DNA of 64,000 nt from the NCBI GenBank assembly GCA_022843855.1, contig JALHMV010000002.1, positions 14,496 to 78,495 of the forward strand, in the 5' to 3' direction. The first letter of the stretch is position 1, and every line of letters starts with the position of its first letter. A program made the translations under genes and the position numbers. Below, piece by piece: positions 36,161-47,097 of the stretch. The notes under the pieces were generated by a model. The model searched no databases and had not been told where the DNA came from. It saw nothing but the letters and a program-made list of their open reading frames with translations. Source of the DNA: Patescibacteria group bacterium (GTDB taxonomy: Bacteria; Patescibacteriota; UBA1384; 2-12-FULL-50-11).

Positions 36161-36541
36161 ATGCCAACACCTCACAATAACCCTGATCTCACCGACGAAC
36201 AGCGCCGGATACTATATGAAGGCGGCACCGAACCGCCCTTCAGCGGACAGTACGTCGACCATCACGAGGAAGGCATGTACGCCTGCGTTGCGTGCGGCAC
36301 CGAATTATTCGCCTCGGACACTAAGTTTGAGTCACACTCAGGCTGGCCGAGCTTTTACGACGTGATAAGCAAGGGCAATGTCGAGCTCAAAACCGACACC
36401 TCGCACGACATGACCCGCACCGAGGTCGTCTGCGCCACCTGCGGCGGCCACCTCGGCCACGTCTTTGACGACGGGCCGCGGGACAAAACAGGTTTACGCT
36501 ACTGCATTAATTCCGCTTGCTTGGATTTTAAGAAGAAATGA
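36161..36541 (+). CDS. msrB: Peptide methionine sulfoxide reductase B
   Basis: GTEPPF, CVAC, GWPSF, HLGHVFDDGP, RYCINS. Confidence 0.97.
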   Translation: MPTPHNNPDLTDEQRRILYEGGTEPPFSGQYVDHHEEGMYACVACGTELFASDTKFESHSGWPSFYDVISKGNVELKTDTSHDMTRTEVVCATCGGHLGHVFDDGPRDKTGLRYCINSACLDFKKK

Positions 36542-37194
36542 CTCGTAAACAGAGTCAAATAGTTACTGAAATTGCCGGTATTGTACGTGATAAGTTCACA
36601 AATGATACGAGCGGACACGATTGGTACCACATGGAACGGGTCTGGAAGATGGCGCGACAACTGGGTGAGGCTGAGGGCGCCGATCTCTTTATCGTCGAGC
36701 TTGCCGCCTTGCTTCACGATTGGGCTGACTGGAAGTTCTCAGCCGATCAGTCAAAAGATACGGAGGAGATGAAGCAGTTACTTCGCAATCATGGCGCTAC
36801 CGAGGATCAGATCGGCAACATTTGCGAGATTATCGAGAACGTTTCATTCAAGGGACTCGAGAAGCGTTCTACTCAATCGACGCTTGAGGGCAAAGTGGTC
36901 CAGGACGCTGACCGGCTCGATGCTATTGGGGCGATCGCGATCGCCCGAGTGTTTGCGTACGGCGGCCACAAAGGCCGTCCGATTTACGACCCAAGCATTC
37001 CGCTCAACGTCACTTTGACCAATGAGCAGTACCTCAAGAACGAGCGGTCGGGACTGGCTCACTTCTTTGACAAACTGCTTCACCTTAAGGATCAAATCAA
37101 TACCGAGTCAGCTAAAAAGATCGCCGAAGAGCGGCATCGGTATATGGAAGAATACGTTGAGCGATTCCTCGCGGAGTGGGATGGCAAACGGTAA
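36538..37194 (+). CDS. HD domain phosphohydrolase
   Basis: GHDWYH, AALLHD, VQDADRLDAIGAIAIAR. Confidence 0.92.
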   Translation: MTRKQSQIVTEIAGIVRDKFTNDTSGHDWYHMERVWKMARQLGEAEGADLFIVELAALLHDWADWKFSADQSKDTEEMKQLLRNHGATEDQIGNICEIIENVSFKGLEKRSTQSTLEGKVVQDADRLDAIGAIAIARVFAYGGHKGRPIYDPSIPLNVTLTNEQYLKNERSGLAHFFDKLLHLKDQINTESAKKIAEERHRYMEEYVERFLAEWDGKR

Positions 37195-37267
37195 AGGCCT
37201 CGTTCCAGAGAATGGGCTTACTTTGACTCGAGCAAACAACGTCGCTCGGTCTCAACGCTTGGGATAC

Positions 37268-38026
37268 TTATCGCAAGCGAAACACAACCGTCACTGAGTA
37301 AGTCACGGTTTCTTGCCCAGTCAGAAGGACGGGGGCGGTTGTTGGGCTGGGGCTCTCAAGCGCCATATTGCGGCTATCGGTGGCGGACATCGGGATAACG
37401 CCGCCCCATGATGGCTCGGAAACCGAAATAACACGACCGACCGACACCCCAAGCTGGTCGGCTGTCTGCTGGGATTTGTCACGAGCGTTACGGAGTGCCT
37501 CGGCGCGCGCTTCCGCCTCTAAGCGATCGCGTGTCCGAGCGCTGAAAGTGCTTTGCGGCGACAACCCGTAGAGCGGCTCGGTTGTCGCTAGGTAATCAAG
37601 AACTTTTTGGGCGAGCGTCTTGTCGTTGAGCGTAATCGTTAGCGAAAAGATCGCCCGGTAGCCGTCGGTCGTCGAACCACCAAGATCTGGCGCTGGCGCG
37701 ATTTCGTTGGAATATTCTGGAGAGCTGTTGGCCGACGTTTTAATCGCGCTCTCAGCAACGCCAAGCTCCTTGAGCTTGGCAACGACGTCGTTACCGACCT
37801 TGGATACCGCCGAGATCGCTTCGCTATTGGTGGCGGCCTCCCGCTGATACGTTGGGTAGAAGACAAACTCGTCCGGCGCCGCTTTGACTGACGCCTCACC
37901 AACGATGGAGATTGTCCGGTCGGCATCTGTTCGCCACGGCTGCCACAGGGCGAGCATAACAAGCACGACTCCGAAAAGAAGACCGCTGATGAGCTTGTAG
38001 TTCACCCGAAGGGTTGCCTCATGCAT
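37268..38026 (-). CDS. SIMPL (DUF541) domain protein
   Basis: RTISIVGEASV..PD..A...ARDK...A..LGV.VG.VISVSE..VTVVF; start MHEA at 38026. Confidence 0.88.
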   Translation of the reverse strand: MHEATLRVNYKLISGLLFGVVLVMLALWQPWRTDADRTISIVGEASVKAAPDEFVFYPTYQREAATNSEAISAVSKVGNDVVAKLKELGVAESAIKTSANSSPEYSNEIAPAPDLGGSTTDGYRAIFSLTITLNDKTLAQKVLDYLATTEPLYGLSPQSTFSARTRDRLEAEARAEALRNARDKSQQTADQLGVSVGRVISVSEPSWGGVIPMSATDSRNMALESPSPTTAPVLLTGQETVTYSVTVVFRLR

Positions 38027-38134
38027 ACGGCTACTATAGCAGAATCCCGTCAAGCACAATGCTCAACGGGAGTAGGGGTATGTACCGCCCAACCACTGGA
38101 CAAGCCCGAGAAACAATCACCGGTCGCGCATAAC

Positions 38135-38428
38135 TTACGGCCGACGGCGCCGCATCTCTTCGAGCGTCCGACGCGCCGTCTCCTCCACCTCATCAGTCAC
38201 CGCTTCATTCGACGGCCGAGAGCCGCCCAGCTCTAACGCAGCGCCCGTCGACTCGATGCCAGCGGCGCGCAGCGTATCATCAACAACTCTGTCCAGATCG
38301 GCTCGTTGGTCTCTCTGGGCCGTTTTGGGCGGGGGCGACTTCGGTCGAAGGATGTGGTAGATGATGTAGGCGCCCGTCAGGAGTAGCGCCGCCATCAGAG
38401 CGTAGAGGGCAATTGGGTTGTCGAGCAT
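38135..38428 (-). CDS. Small membrane-anchored hypothetical protein
   Basis: GGAG SD; N-terminal TM. Confidence 0.6.
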   Translation of the reverse strand: MLDNPIALYALMAALLLTGAYIIYHILRPKSPPPKTAQRDQRADLDRVVDDTLRAAGIESTGAALELGGSRPSNEAVTDEVEETARRTLEEMRRRRP

Positions 38429-38515
38429 GTGCAAGTCTCCGGTTGCTTATGGTATCACCGACGATTGGGGGTGACAATAACCGGCAACTATCGTATAATC
38501 CGGCTGGAGGTTTCT

Positions 38516-38812
38516 ATGCCGGAACCAATACCAACCGACCCGCTCCTTGAAGCCCTAGAGAAGATCAAACTGTCAGGCAGATCACAGCCTCAACCCGTCG
38601 CCGCTCGACGGCCGGGCGCGCCCACCCTAGAACAGGCGGCGACGGCCAGGCCGCAGTCGCCAGTTTCGTCAGCTCTTCCGTGCGGCCAAGTCGACATCGA
38701 ACGGCTTGTCGATCTGGAACCCGAGGCTTTCAGTCGGGATCGTGAGGCCAACCACCTCAACCGTTGTCGCGGCTGTCGCGAAGAATACTGGCGGCAAAAG
38801 CAGGAGAAATAG
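38516..38812 (+). CDS. Small protein with C-terminal zf-HC2/ZAS-like motif
   Basis: TATAAT promoter and GGAGG SD; C..IERLVD..HLNRCRGC (HxxxCxxC). Confidence 0.6.
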   Translation: MPEPIPTDPLLEALEKIKLSGRSQPQPVAARRPGAPTLEQAATARPQSPVSSALPCGQVDIERLVDLEPEAFSRDREANHLNRCRGCREEYWRQKQEK

Positions 38813-38873
38813 AAAGGGCAAGCGTGAACCACGACCCCGAGGCCCCGCACCGAGCGGGGCCTTCTCAGTTCTT

Positions 38874-41207
38874 TTAATCAAGCGCTTGGCTGAGCAAAAT
38901 CTTTTTTTCAACGGAAGCGATGAGTTTACGGGTTGAGATGGCGACGTCAGGCGCAACCGAGACGCTCGTCGTCCCGGCTTTAACCATCGCTTCGGTAATT
39001 TCCGGGTAGACGCTTGGTGCCTGGCCGCAGATCGAGACCGTAACGTGATGCTTGCGACAGGTCCGGACAACGTGAAGGATCGAGTTCAAAACAGCTGGGT
39101 AGCGCTCATCAAATTCGGCAGCTAACTTAGCCGAGTCACGATCGATGCCGAGCGTCAGCTGCGTCAGGTCGTTGGAACCGATCGAAACGCCGTCGATCCC
39201 TTCTTTGATATATTCCTCGAGCTCCAGCACTGTTGACGGTACTTCAACCATAATCCACAGCTTAAAGTCTTTATCCTGACGCAAATTATTAGCGTGCATC
39301 AGGTCGCGAACCTTACGGAATTCGTCAACGGTCCGCACAAACGGAATCATGACATGAAGATTCTTGAGATCCATACCGTCGCGGACTTGTTTAATCGCCT
39401 CGATTTCGAGCGCAAACTCCTCGGGATCGGCGATGTAGCGCGAGGCGCCCCGATACCCGATCATCGGGTTACTCTCTGGTTCCTCAAACTTTTCGCCGCC
39501 CTTCAAAGATTTATATTCATTCGTTTTAAAATCGGTGAAGCGGTACACGACCGGTCGCGGGTTGAACGCCTGGGCGATCGTGCCGATCCCTTGCGCGAGT
39601 TTCTGAACATACTCTTTACTGGCACCGCGCGCCATCATCGCTTTCGGGTGCTCGCCGATACCAGCAATAATGAACTCCGCTCGAAGGAGGCCAACGCCAT
39701 CGACGGGTAACTCAGCGTACTCTTGAGCTTTTTCTGGTTCAGCCAGGTTCAAATAAACTTTAGTGGCGGTGATCGGTACTGTCGTCTGAGCGGTTGATCC
39801 AGCAACCCGCGCTTGTTTCATTTCAGCGGCTGGTACCTGCGCCGAGGCGACTTTTCCCTTATAGACCTTCCCGCCGGCGCCATCGACAGTCACTATCTGA
39901 CCGGTTTTGAGCGTCGCTGTGGCGGTACCGGTGCCAACAACACACGGGATGCCAAGTTCACGGGAAACGATCGCGGCGTGACTAGTTCGACCGCCGGTGT
40001 CAGTCACGATCGCCGCCGCCCGACGCATCGCCGGGACAAAATCGGGACTCGTCATCTCCGTTACCAGCACGTCGCCCTGCAATACTTTGTCGATCTCGCT
40101 CGGTTTATGAATGACCTTGACGGGACCGAACTGTAAACCGACGGAAGCGGCCGCTCCATGAAGCAGCTCTTCGGCCTTGCTGAGGTCAACAGTATCGCCA
40201 GCCGGAGCGTTACCGGCGGCCGGCGCCGATTCGGCGCCCTTCTTTTCATTCTTCTGCTCACCGAGCGTCGTTACTGGGCGGGCCTGAACCATATAGAAAC
40301 TACCGCCCTCAAACGCCCATTCTGTGTCTTGTGGCTTGCCGTAGTGATCTTCGACCTGTTTCCCTACCGTAGCGAGCGCAATGATTTGATCATCAGTCAG
40401 CTTCTGACCTTCTTTTTGTTCTTTGGTCAGGTTGACGTGCTTATTCTTACCTTCCTTGTCGCGAACGATCTGCCACGCTTGTGGGCCGATTTCTTTGGAG
40501 ACGATCTTCATCGTGGCTTTATCGACAACGTAGTGGTCAGGAGTAATCGAACCGGAAACAACCGCCTCGCCCAAACCAAGGCCGGCATCGATCGTAATCT
40601 TGCCGGTGTCTTCGCCAACGGGGTCGACGGTAAACATAATGCCGGAGACTTCGCTCTGAACCATTTTCTGGACCGGCACGGCGATACCCACCTTCATGTG
40701 ATCAAAATTATTGACCGTTCGGTAATAGATTGCCCGCGCTTCAAACAACGACGCCCAACACTCGCGAATTGCCTTAATCAGCTGGGTCTTGCCCTCGACG
40801 TTGAGGAACGTCGCTTGCTGACCAGCGAACGAGGCGTCGGGAAGGTCTTCCGCAGTCGCTGACGAGCGAACCGCGACTGGGCCGTGCTTCATCTGGTCGT
40901 AGGCTTTTTCGATATCACGCACTAATTCGGCGGGTAGCGAAAAACTTTTCATCGCCTTCTGCAACTCGTGGGCAATCTTATTAAGCTTTTTTGAATCCTC
41001 AGGATCCAGCCCCTTCGTCCACTTCAGAATATAGGCGTCGATCTTCTTCTCGCGAACAAAACGGAAATAAGCCTCTGAAGTGACGATGAAACCTTGCGGC
41101 ACCGGCAAACCGGCTTTTGTCATCTCGCCCAGGTTAGCACCCTTACCGCCAACTAACGGGATGTCGCCCTTACCGACTTCTGAAAACCAGACTACCTGTT
41201 TGGCCAT
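38874..41207 (-). CDS. ppsA: Phosphoenolpyruvate synthase
   Basis: VGGKGANLGE, VRSSATAED..SFAGQ, GGRTSHAAIVSRE, GVGLLRAE, SIGSNDLTQL. Confidence 0.96.
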   Translation of the reverse strand: MAKQVVWFSEVGKGDIPLVGGKGANLGEMTKAGLPVPQGFIVTSEAYFRFVREKKIDAYILKWTKGLDPEDSKKLNKIAHELQKAMKSFSLPAELVRDIEKAYDQMKHGPVAVRSSATAEDLPDASFAGQQATFLNVEGKTQLIKAIRECWASLFEARAIYYRTVNNFDHMKVGIAVPVQKMVQSEVSGIMFTVDPVGEDTGKITIDAGLGLGEAVVSGSITPDHYVVDKATMKIVSKEIGPQAWQIVRDKEGKNKHVNLTKEQKEGQKLTDDQIIALATVGKQVEDHYGKPQDTEWAFEGGSFYMVQARPVTTLGEQKNEKKGAESAPAAGNAPAGDTVDLSKAEELLHGAAASVGLQFGPVKVIHKPSEIDKVLQGDVLVTEMTSPDFVPAMRRAAAIVTDTGGRTSHAAIVSRELGIPCVVGTGTATATLKTGQIVTVDGAGGKVYKGKVASAQVPAAEMKQARVAGSTAQTTVPITATKVYLNLAEPEKAQEYAELPVDGVGLLRAEFIIAGIGEHPKAMMARGASKEYVQKLAQGIGTIAQAFNPRPVVYRFTDFKTNEYKSLKGGEKFEEPESNPMIGYRGASRYIADPEEFALEIEAIKQVRDGMDLKNLHVMIPFVRTVDEFRKVRDLMHANNLRQDKDFKLWIMVEVPSTVLELEEYIKEGIDGVSIGSNDLTQLTLGIDRDSAKLAAEFDERYPAVLNSILHVVRTCRKHHVTVSICGQAPSVYPEITEAMVKAGTTSVSVAPDVAISTRKLIASVEKKILLSQALD

Positions 41208-41249
41208 TCGTTTCCCTCCATTCTTTTCAGTGTAACAATCGGTCGGAAA

Positions 41250-41708
41250 TTAGGAAGCTTTGTCGGCTTCGAGCACCGCTCGCACAACTCTTGCCGAAAA
41301 GCCACGACGCTGAAGTAAACTCGTCAGGCGAGCGCGCCGTTTCAACGGGTCGAGCGCCTGCCAGTTTTTTAATCGACTTTCAGCCAGACTCTGGGCCGCC
41401 GAGAGCTCATCTGCTTCTTCAACCTCGCCAAGCGCCTGATCAATCTGATCCCTGGCCACCCCTTTTCGAAGTAGATCCAAACCGATCCGAAACCGACCGC
41501 GCCGATAGATAGCAATCTTGTCACGTGCGTAATTGCTCGCAAAAACCGCGTCGTCGATCAGCTTCATCTCTCTCAGTCGTTCAATTGTCAGAGCGATGTC
41601 GTCGTCTGAGTACTTCTTCTCGGCTAGCTTGTCACGTAACTCACGTTCGGTGCGACCGCGACGACCAAGCAAGTAGAGCGCGTAAGCCAGAATAGGCCGT
41701 TTGCCCAT
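41250..41708 (-). CDS. recX: Regulatory protein RecX
   Basis: ALYLLGRR..ELRDKL..IDD..FA..LQRRGF; directly downstream of recA. Confidence 0.9.
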   Translation of the reverse strand: MGKRPILAYALYLLGRRGRTERELRDKLAEKKYSDDDIALTIERLREMKLIDDAVFASNYARDKIAIYRRGRFRIGLDLLRKGVARDQIDQALGEVEEADELSAAQSLAESRLKNWQALDPLKRRARLTSLLQRRGFSARVVRAVLEADKAS

Positions 41709-41722
41709 CAGATGGGCGCGGA

Positions 41723-42784
41723 CTAGGCCGGTTCTTCAACCGGCGCTACTCCTAACTTGCCTTGTTCGGCCAGCTCGCGGATCTCTTTTTCCAACTTGAC
41801 CGCGAGCGCCTTGTCACCCTTGAGAAAAGCTTTGGCAGCCTCCCGTCCCTGCCCAAGCTTTTGCTCTCCTAACTGAAACCAGGCGCCAGATTTCTCGATG
41901 ATTCCTGCTTTGGTTCCGAGCTCGAGCAGGTCGCCTTCTCTAGATATACCCGAAGCAAACATTAAGTCAAACTCGGCCGTCCGAAACGGTGGCGCAACCT
42001 TATTCTTAACGATTTTAACCCGAACTCGATTACCGATCGCGTTGTCACCGTCCTTAATTTGCTCGGCCCGACGAATATCCATTCGGACAGAACAGTAGAA
42101 CTTCAACGCGTTACCACCCGGTGTTGTCTCGGGGTTACCAAACATCACGCCAATCTTCATCCGGATTTGGTTAATGAAAATAAGAACGGTTTTTGACTTG
42201 GCGACCGCGCCAGTCAGTTTACGAAGCGCCTGGCTCATGAGTCTAGCCTGAACACCCATCATCGCATCGCCCATCTCGCCTTCGATCTCGGCGCGAGGAA
42301 CCAGCGCCGCAACCGAGTCAACAACGATTACGTCAACAGCGTTCGAGCGAACCAAAGTTTCAACGATCTCGAGCGCCTGTTCACCGGTATCCGGCTGACT
42401 GATAAGGAGCGCGTCAAGATCAACGCCGAGCTTGGTTGCGTACGACGGGTCAAAAGCGTGTTCCGCATCAACAAGCGCGCCGAGCCCGCCGCTCTTTTGA
42501 GTAGCGGCGATCGCTGAGAGCGCCAGAGAGGTCTTACCGCTTGATTCCGGGCCAAAGATTTCGACGATCCGACCACGAGGCAGACCGCCGACCCCCAACG
42601 CAACGTCCAAAGCCAACGACCCCGTTGGTAACGCTTCGACGTTGAGATGAGTCTGTTGACCCATCACCATAATCGAACCGGCACCAAACTGCTTCTCTAT
42701 CTGACTAATAGCAGCTCGAAGCGCTGTTTCGCGACCGCCCTCCGAACTGGACTGCGGAGACTTCGATTCTTTCTCTTTGGCCAT
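41723..42784 (-). CDS. recA: Recombinase A
   Basis: [40 protein letters not shown]. Confidence 0.99.
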   Translation of the reverse strand: MAKEKESKSPQSSSEGGRETALRAAISQIEKQFGAGSIMVMGQQTHLNVEALPTGSLALDVALGVGGLPRGRIVEIFGPESSGKTSLALSAIAATQKSGGLGALVDAEHAFDPSYATKLGVDLDALLISQPDTGEQALEIVETLVRSNAVDVIVVDSVAALVPRAEIEGEMGDAMMGVQARLMSQALRKLTGAVAKSKTVLIFINQIRMKIGVMFGNPETTPGGNALKFYCSVRMDIRRAEQIKDGDNAIGNRVRVKIVKNKVAPPFRTAEFDLMFASGISREGDLLELGTKAGIIEKSGAWFQLGEQKLGQGREAAKAFLKGDKALAVKLEKEIRELAEQGKLGVAPVEEPA

Positions 42785-42793
42785 AAACCTGTT

Positions 42794-43504
42794 TTACAGG
42801 CCGCCTGCCGCTTGTGCAAGGTTAGGATTGAACAGGATCTTGACGCTCTTCTGACTTTGCTTGCCCGCTCTCGATTTGGCGGCGATAACCACTTCGTTAA
42901 TCCCGGGGGAGAGCTGAACCTGTTGCGAAAACTGACCGGCGGGGGTTACGACGATCGGTTCGTTGTTCATAGTAACGATCGAGCCTTCGGTGGTGGCGCC
43001 TTGGATCTGGACGGTATCAGCTTCGCTGGTAAACTCTTCGGTGTGACTCGTAAGAACAATCGTTGGCGGCTGAGTAAACTGGTTGAGCTGGGCAGCGATA
43101 TACGCCACAACCCCGCCAAATAACAGCAGTGCGCTCGCAATACCGATGACTTTTGGCGTAATAAGAAAGCTCCAGTCGCTGGTTCGCACTGGAGCGAGAT
43201 TAACTTCGCGTGACGACGGAGTAAAACGCTGCTGGCTTCGCTCTTCTCGATACATCCGGATGATTTTTTCGGGATTGAGCTTGAGAAACTCTGCGTAACA
43301 TCTAACAAAACCGATGTTGTACGCGTCGGCGGGTAACGACTGATAGTCGCCGCTTTCTAACGCCTCGAGATGCTTGATACGAATTCTTGTCTTCGCCTCA
43401 GCGTCTTCGAGCGAATAATTTGATTTTGTGCGCGCCGCACGCAGGATAGATCCAAGCGTACGGGTTCGGCTTGGAGCAATTTTTTTCGTCACAAAACCCG
43501 TCAT
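42794..43504 (-). CDS. RodZ-like HTH protein with TM and Ig-like C-terminus
   Basis: LGSILRAAR..LEALESG..GFVRCYAEFL; central TM; near ftsK. Confidence 0.8.
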   Translation of the reverse strand: MTGFVTKKIAPSRTRTLGSILRAARTKSNYSLEDAEAKTRIRIKHLEALESGDYQSLPADAYNIGFVRCYAEFLKLNPEKIIRMYREERSQQRFTPSSREVNLAPVRTSDWSFLITPKVIGIASALLLFGGVVAYIAAQLNQFTQPPTIVLTSHTEEFTSEADTVQIQGATTEGSIVTMNNEPIVVTPAGQFSQQVQLSPGINEVVIAAKSRAGKQSQKSVKILFNPNLAQAAGGL

Positions 43505-43588
43505 GTCTTTTCAGACTAGCCAAGCATCGACGCGTCGTCAAACCTCGGGCGGCCAAGAGTGAGCGGCGCTTCGTGTATGATGGTCTCG

Positions 43589-43765
43589 ATGCCAAGCGGC
43601 GGAATCTGGTTTACGGCACTATTCGTCCTCCTTCTTGTTACCGGAGTCGCTTTTGGCATGTCTTCAATTCTCAACGGTCTTAAAGCCGATCCCCCGGTAG
43701 TAATCCCGGCAACGAACAACTACTCGTTAACTGTCCCGTATCCTGAGTTTCCGCTTTTGCCCTAA
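43589..43765 (+). CDS. Small single-TM protein
   Basis: ATG 7 nt after TATGAT; MPSGGIWFTALFVLLLVTGVAFG. Confidence 0.5.
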   Translation: MPSGGIWFTALFVLLLVTGVAFGMSSILNGLKADPPVVIPATNNYSLTVPYPEFPLLP

Positions 43766-45804
43766 CTCTCGTCGTAGTTTTCTTCGCCGCTGATTAAGAC
43801 GTCGCGCGGCTTTGCGCCATCAGCTGGACCGATAGACCCTTCCGCCTCGAGTAAGTCGAGCAAACGAGCAGCGCGGGCGTAGCCAACCTTCAGACGCCGC
43901 TGGAGAAGCGAGGCCGAGGCCTTGCCCGCTTGAACGACTAATTCTCGAGCATCGCCGAGTAGGTCGTCTTCGCCCTCGTCATGCGACCCCGCCAAACCAG
44001 GCTTCATTTGCGACCGGTAGGTGGTTATTGTTTCGTCGTATTGCGCCGGCGCCTGACTCTTTAAAAACTCTGTGACCGTCTTAATCTCTTTATCTTTGAG
44101 CATAACGCCCTGAATGCGTTTTGGTTGTGGCTGATCGCTCGCCAAGTACAGCATGTCGCCGCGACCGAGCAGTTTGTCGGCGCCGCCAGCATCAAGAATC
44201 GTCCGTGAGTCTGGCTGCGAAGCGACGGCGAAAGCAATGCGAGCCGGAATGTTGGCCTTAATCAAGCCAGTAATAACATCAACCGACGGTCGCTGGGTCG
44301 CAACAATCAGATGCATACCAACAGCCCGGGCCATTTGAGCGATCCGGACAATCGAAGTTTCTACCTCGTTAGCGGCTTGCGTCATCAGATCAGCCAGCTC
44401 GTCGACAACGACTACCATGTACGGCAGCTTCTGCTCACCCTCAGGGACCGACTCGTTGTACGCATCGATATTGCGCCGGTTATAGGTTGAGAGCAGTTGG
44501 TAGCGGCGCTCCATCTCGGCCACCGTCCAGCGCAACGCCGAGATGATCTTGTCGGTTTCAGTAATGACGTTGGTCAACAAATGCGGAATGCCGTTATATT
44601 CGGTGAACTCAACGCGCTTCGGGTCGATCAGGAGTAAACGCAAATCCTCGGGGGAGTTTTTATAGAGTAGGTTGACCAGGAGCGCATTCATACAAACGGA
44701 CTTACCCGAGCCAGTCGCGCCTGCAATCAACAGATGCGGCATTTTTTTGATATCAGCGATCGCTACGTTACCGGCAACGTCGCGACCCAAGCCGAGCGCC
44801 AGGTTAGAGTGAGCGTCTTTATACTCCGGCGCCTCCAACACTTCTCGAAGCGAAACCGTCGCAGCTACTTTATTAGGCACCTCAATACCAACCAGCGACT
44901 TACCGGGGATTGGGGCTTCGATACGGATCGGGTGAGCGGCAATTGCCAGCGCCACGTCGTTGGCTCGCGCCGTAATAGTATTGAGTTTGACGCCTTCAGC
45001 TGGCTTGAGGGTGTACTGCGTCAATGCTGGGCCAACATTAACCTCGTTCATCGAGACGTCAACGCCAAAGTCCTTCAAGGTTTTCTTGATCATCTCGACG
45101 TTCTTACCGATATCGCCGGCTTCGGCCTTGGTCGAGCTTGAGTAATCAAGTAAGTCGAGCGAAGGATAATCCCAACTGCCGCCGCTTGGCATGAGCGGCG
45201 CGGGTGTCTTTAAACGGTCGGGCGACATCGTTTTGACCGGCACTCGTGAGTTCTCGTTGATCTTGACGCCCTTGCCGTCACCTCGGTTAATCGGCAGACT
45301 GAAACGCTCTGTGAGCGACTTGAGCGAGACGCTAAAGGCTAACAAGACGGAGACGGCGGTTGCGCCGAGCAAGACGATATAGCCACCGACCGCCCCAAAG
45401 ACCGAACTAAATACCCCGCCAACGCCAACCCCGATCGAACCACCGGAAGCGCCAAACATCGCCGGAACCAGCAGGAATAACGCGATGATCCCCACGACGC
45501 CGGCCGCCCGCAAAACGTCGCTTTTCAAGAAGAGAAGCCGCACGCCAAGATAGACAAAGATAAACGGAACAACATACGCCAGCACGCCAAAAAGGGCTGA
45601 GGCGGCTTTAAAGAACGCCTCACCAAATCCACCTGCTAGGCGGAATAGCCCGAGAGCAAAGAGAAGGCCGAGGACCAACAAAATAATCGCGACAATTTCG
45701 CGCGCTGTGTCGGGGTCAACTGCCCAAACCAAATTGTCCCAAATGGTCGGCATGCGCTTGCGCCGCCGGCTGGAGTATCGCCTCCGCCTCCCAAAAAGTC
45801 CCAT
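43762..45804 (-). CDS. ftsK: DNA translocase FtsK
   Basis: N-terminal TMs; HLLIAGATGSGKS, VDELADLM, ATQRPS; gamma domain ASASLLQRRLKVGYARAAR. Confidence 0.97.
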   Translation of the reverse strand: MGLFGRRRRYSSRRRKRMPTIWDNLVWAVDPDTAREIVAIILLVLGLLFALGLFRLAGGFGEAFFKAASALFGVLAYVVPFIFVYLGVRLLFLKSDVLRAAGVVGIIALFLLVPAMFGASGGSIGVGVGGVFSSVFGAVGGYIVLLGATAVSVLLAFSVSLKSLTERFSLPINRGDGKGVKINENSRVPVKTMSPDRLKTPAPLMPSGGSWDYPSLDLLDYSSSTKAEAGDIGKNVEMIKKTLKDFGVDVSMNEVNVGPALTQYTLKPAEGVKLNTITARANDVALAIAAHPIRIEAPIPGKSLVGIEVPNKVAATVSLREVLEAPEYKDAHSNLALGLGRDVAGNVAIADIKKMPHLLIAGATGSGKSVCMNALLVNLLYKNSPEDLRLLLIDPKRVEFTEYNGIPHLLTNVITETDKIISALRWTVAEMERRYQLLSTYNRRNIDAYNESVPEGEQKLPYMVVVVDELADLMTQAANEVETSIVRIAQMARAVGMHLIVATQRPSVDVITGLIKANIPARIAFAVASQPDSRTILDAGGADKLLGRGDMLYLASDQPQPKRIQGVMLKDKEIKTVTEFLKSQAPAQYDETITTYRSQMKPGLAGSHDEGEDDLLGDARELVVQAGKASASLLQRRLKVGYARAARLLDLLEAEGSIGPADGAKPRDVLISGEENYDES

Positions 45805-45954
45805 GGGTCTACTCTATCAACAACCTGGAATCTGGAAAAGCGGCTCCGCCTCTTGAAGCCCGCACGCGAAAACCGTACAATTGCTATCCTGATTTTGAAG
45901 CTAGGCTTTGAGCCGCTTCGGGATTGGAGACTAGGCGAACCGCCCTTTAAGAAC

Positions 45955-46965
45955 ATGAGAAGAACGCTCAGCTTGGCCCTCGCCAGCGTCGTCATCGCTG
46001 GCCCGACCCTTCCCTCGAAAGACGAGGCAATGACCTGGGCCGCTGGCGTCGAAAGCGGTTCCGAACCCAACCCCATCCCGATCACCGCTGTCGGCCGCGA
46101 CGCCCTGGGCGACGAGACGATCCCCGAAGGGGTCAATGACCTGACGGCCGACCACCTTGACACGGAAGCCGGCGTCGCAGTCGACGCCTACCACCAGCTG
46201 CTCGGTGTCGAAGAAACAAGCGACGGCTGGCGAGCGATCATTCAGGCCGACATCCTGGCAGCCCCGCCGCTGCGCGAGCTTGATCAGGGGGCTACCGACA
46301 CTGTCCTGGTCGCAGTCTCTGGGTTTAGCAGTCCCGAAGAAGCTCGAGAGTGGTTCGGGCACATCGGTGAGCATGAACGGCGCTTCTTCCCAGATTTCGT
46401 TAGCATCGGTCTTGTGCGAGTGACCGATAGCAACTCGTCAGAGGATTACTACTCTGACGAGTCGGAGGTCGATCTCAACAACGGCGTCACAACGTTCGGT
46501 GTGGTGGATGACCTAGCCTGGCTTGGCCCCGTCGAAGAGCGAGGCGAAGAAGGTGGGTGGGGAATTATTTTCGTCGCAGCAGGCATCAGATACGCAATTA
46601 GGGTGCCAGCGACTGGGACGACTACGACTGCCGGTCAAAACTACCACGAGCGCGGTGTCATCTCCAGCCCGGTTCTTGCCGACGAGAGTACGGCGCAGAA
46701 CTGGCTCGAAGACCTCCGTAACGGCAACGTCGCGACGTTTGTGCCGCAGTTGGTCGGCCGGGCAGCCGTTGAAGCGTTGGGCAACGACACGCCGGAACTC
46801 GGCGAGTTCAACCATCTGCCGCACAACGTCGATTGGGCTAGCCCGATCAGGGTCACTGAAGTCAACGAACACTACGGGACGGTTCCGTTTGAGGGCGGCT
46901 TCGTCGTCGTTGTCAACGCCGACTTCACCTACACGGCGAAAGTGGCTGTCGGTGCTGCCGACTAG
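45955..46965 (+). CDS. Acidic secreted hypothetical protein
   Basis: Signal-like MRRTLSLALASVVIAG; terminator at 46990-47014. Confidence 0.65.
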   Translation: MRRTLSLALASVVIAGPTLPSKDEAMTWAAGVESGSEPNPIPITAVGRDALGDETIPEGVNDLTADHLDTEAGVAVDAYHQLLGVEETSDGWRAIIQADILAAPPLRELDQGATDTVLVAVSGFSSPEEAREWFGHIGEHERRFFPDFVSIGLVRVTDSNSSEDYYSDESEVDLNNGVTTFGVVDDLAWLGPVEERGEEGGWGIIFVAAGIRYAIRVPATGTTTTAGQNYHERGVISSPVLADESTAQNWLEDLRNGNVATFVPQLVGRAAVEALGNDTPELGEFNHLPHNVDWASPIRVTEVNEHYGTVPFEGGFVVVVNADFTYTAKVAVGAAD

Positions 46966-46989
46966 CGACACATCGCCAACCCAAAACAC

Positions 46990-47014
46990 GCCCCGAGGCT
47001 TACCACCTCGGGGC
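46990..47014. terminator. Hairpin
   Basis: gccccgagg-cttacca-cctcggggc. Confidence 0.65.
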
Positions 47015-47097
47015 AAAACTTACCATTAATTGTAGTTTTTACTACAATATTTCAACCGGTGAGTGTCACGCCGGTCGGTTCGTACAAGGAAATCGAT

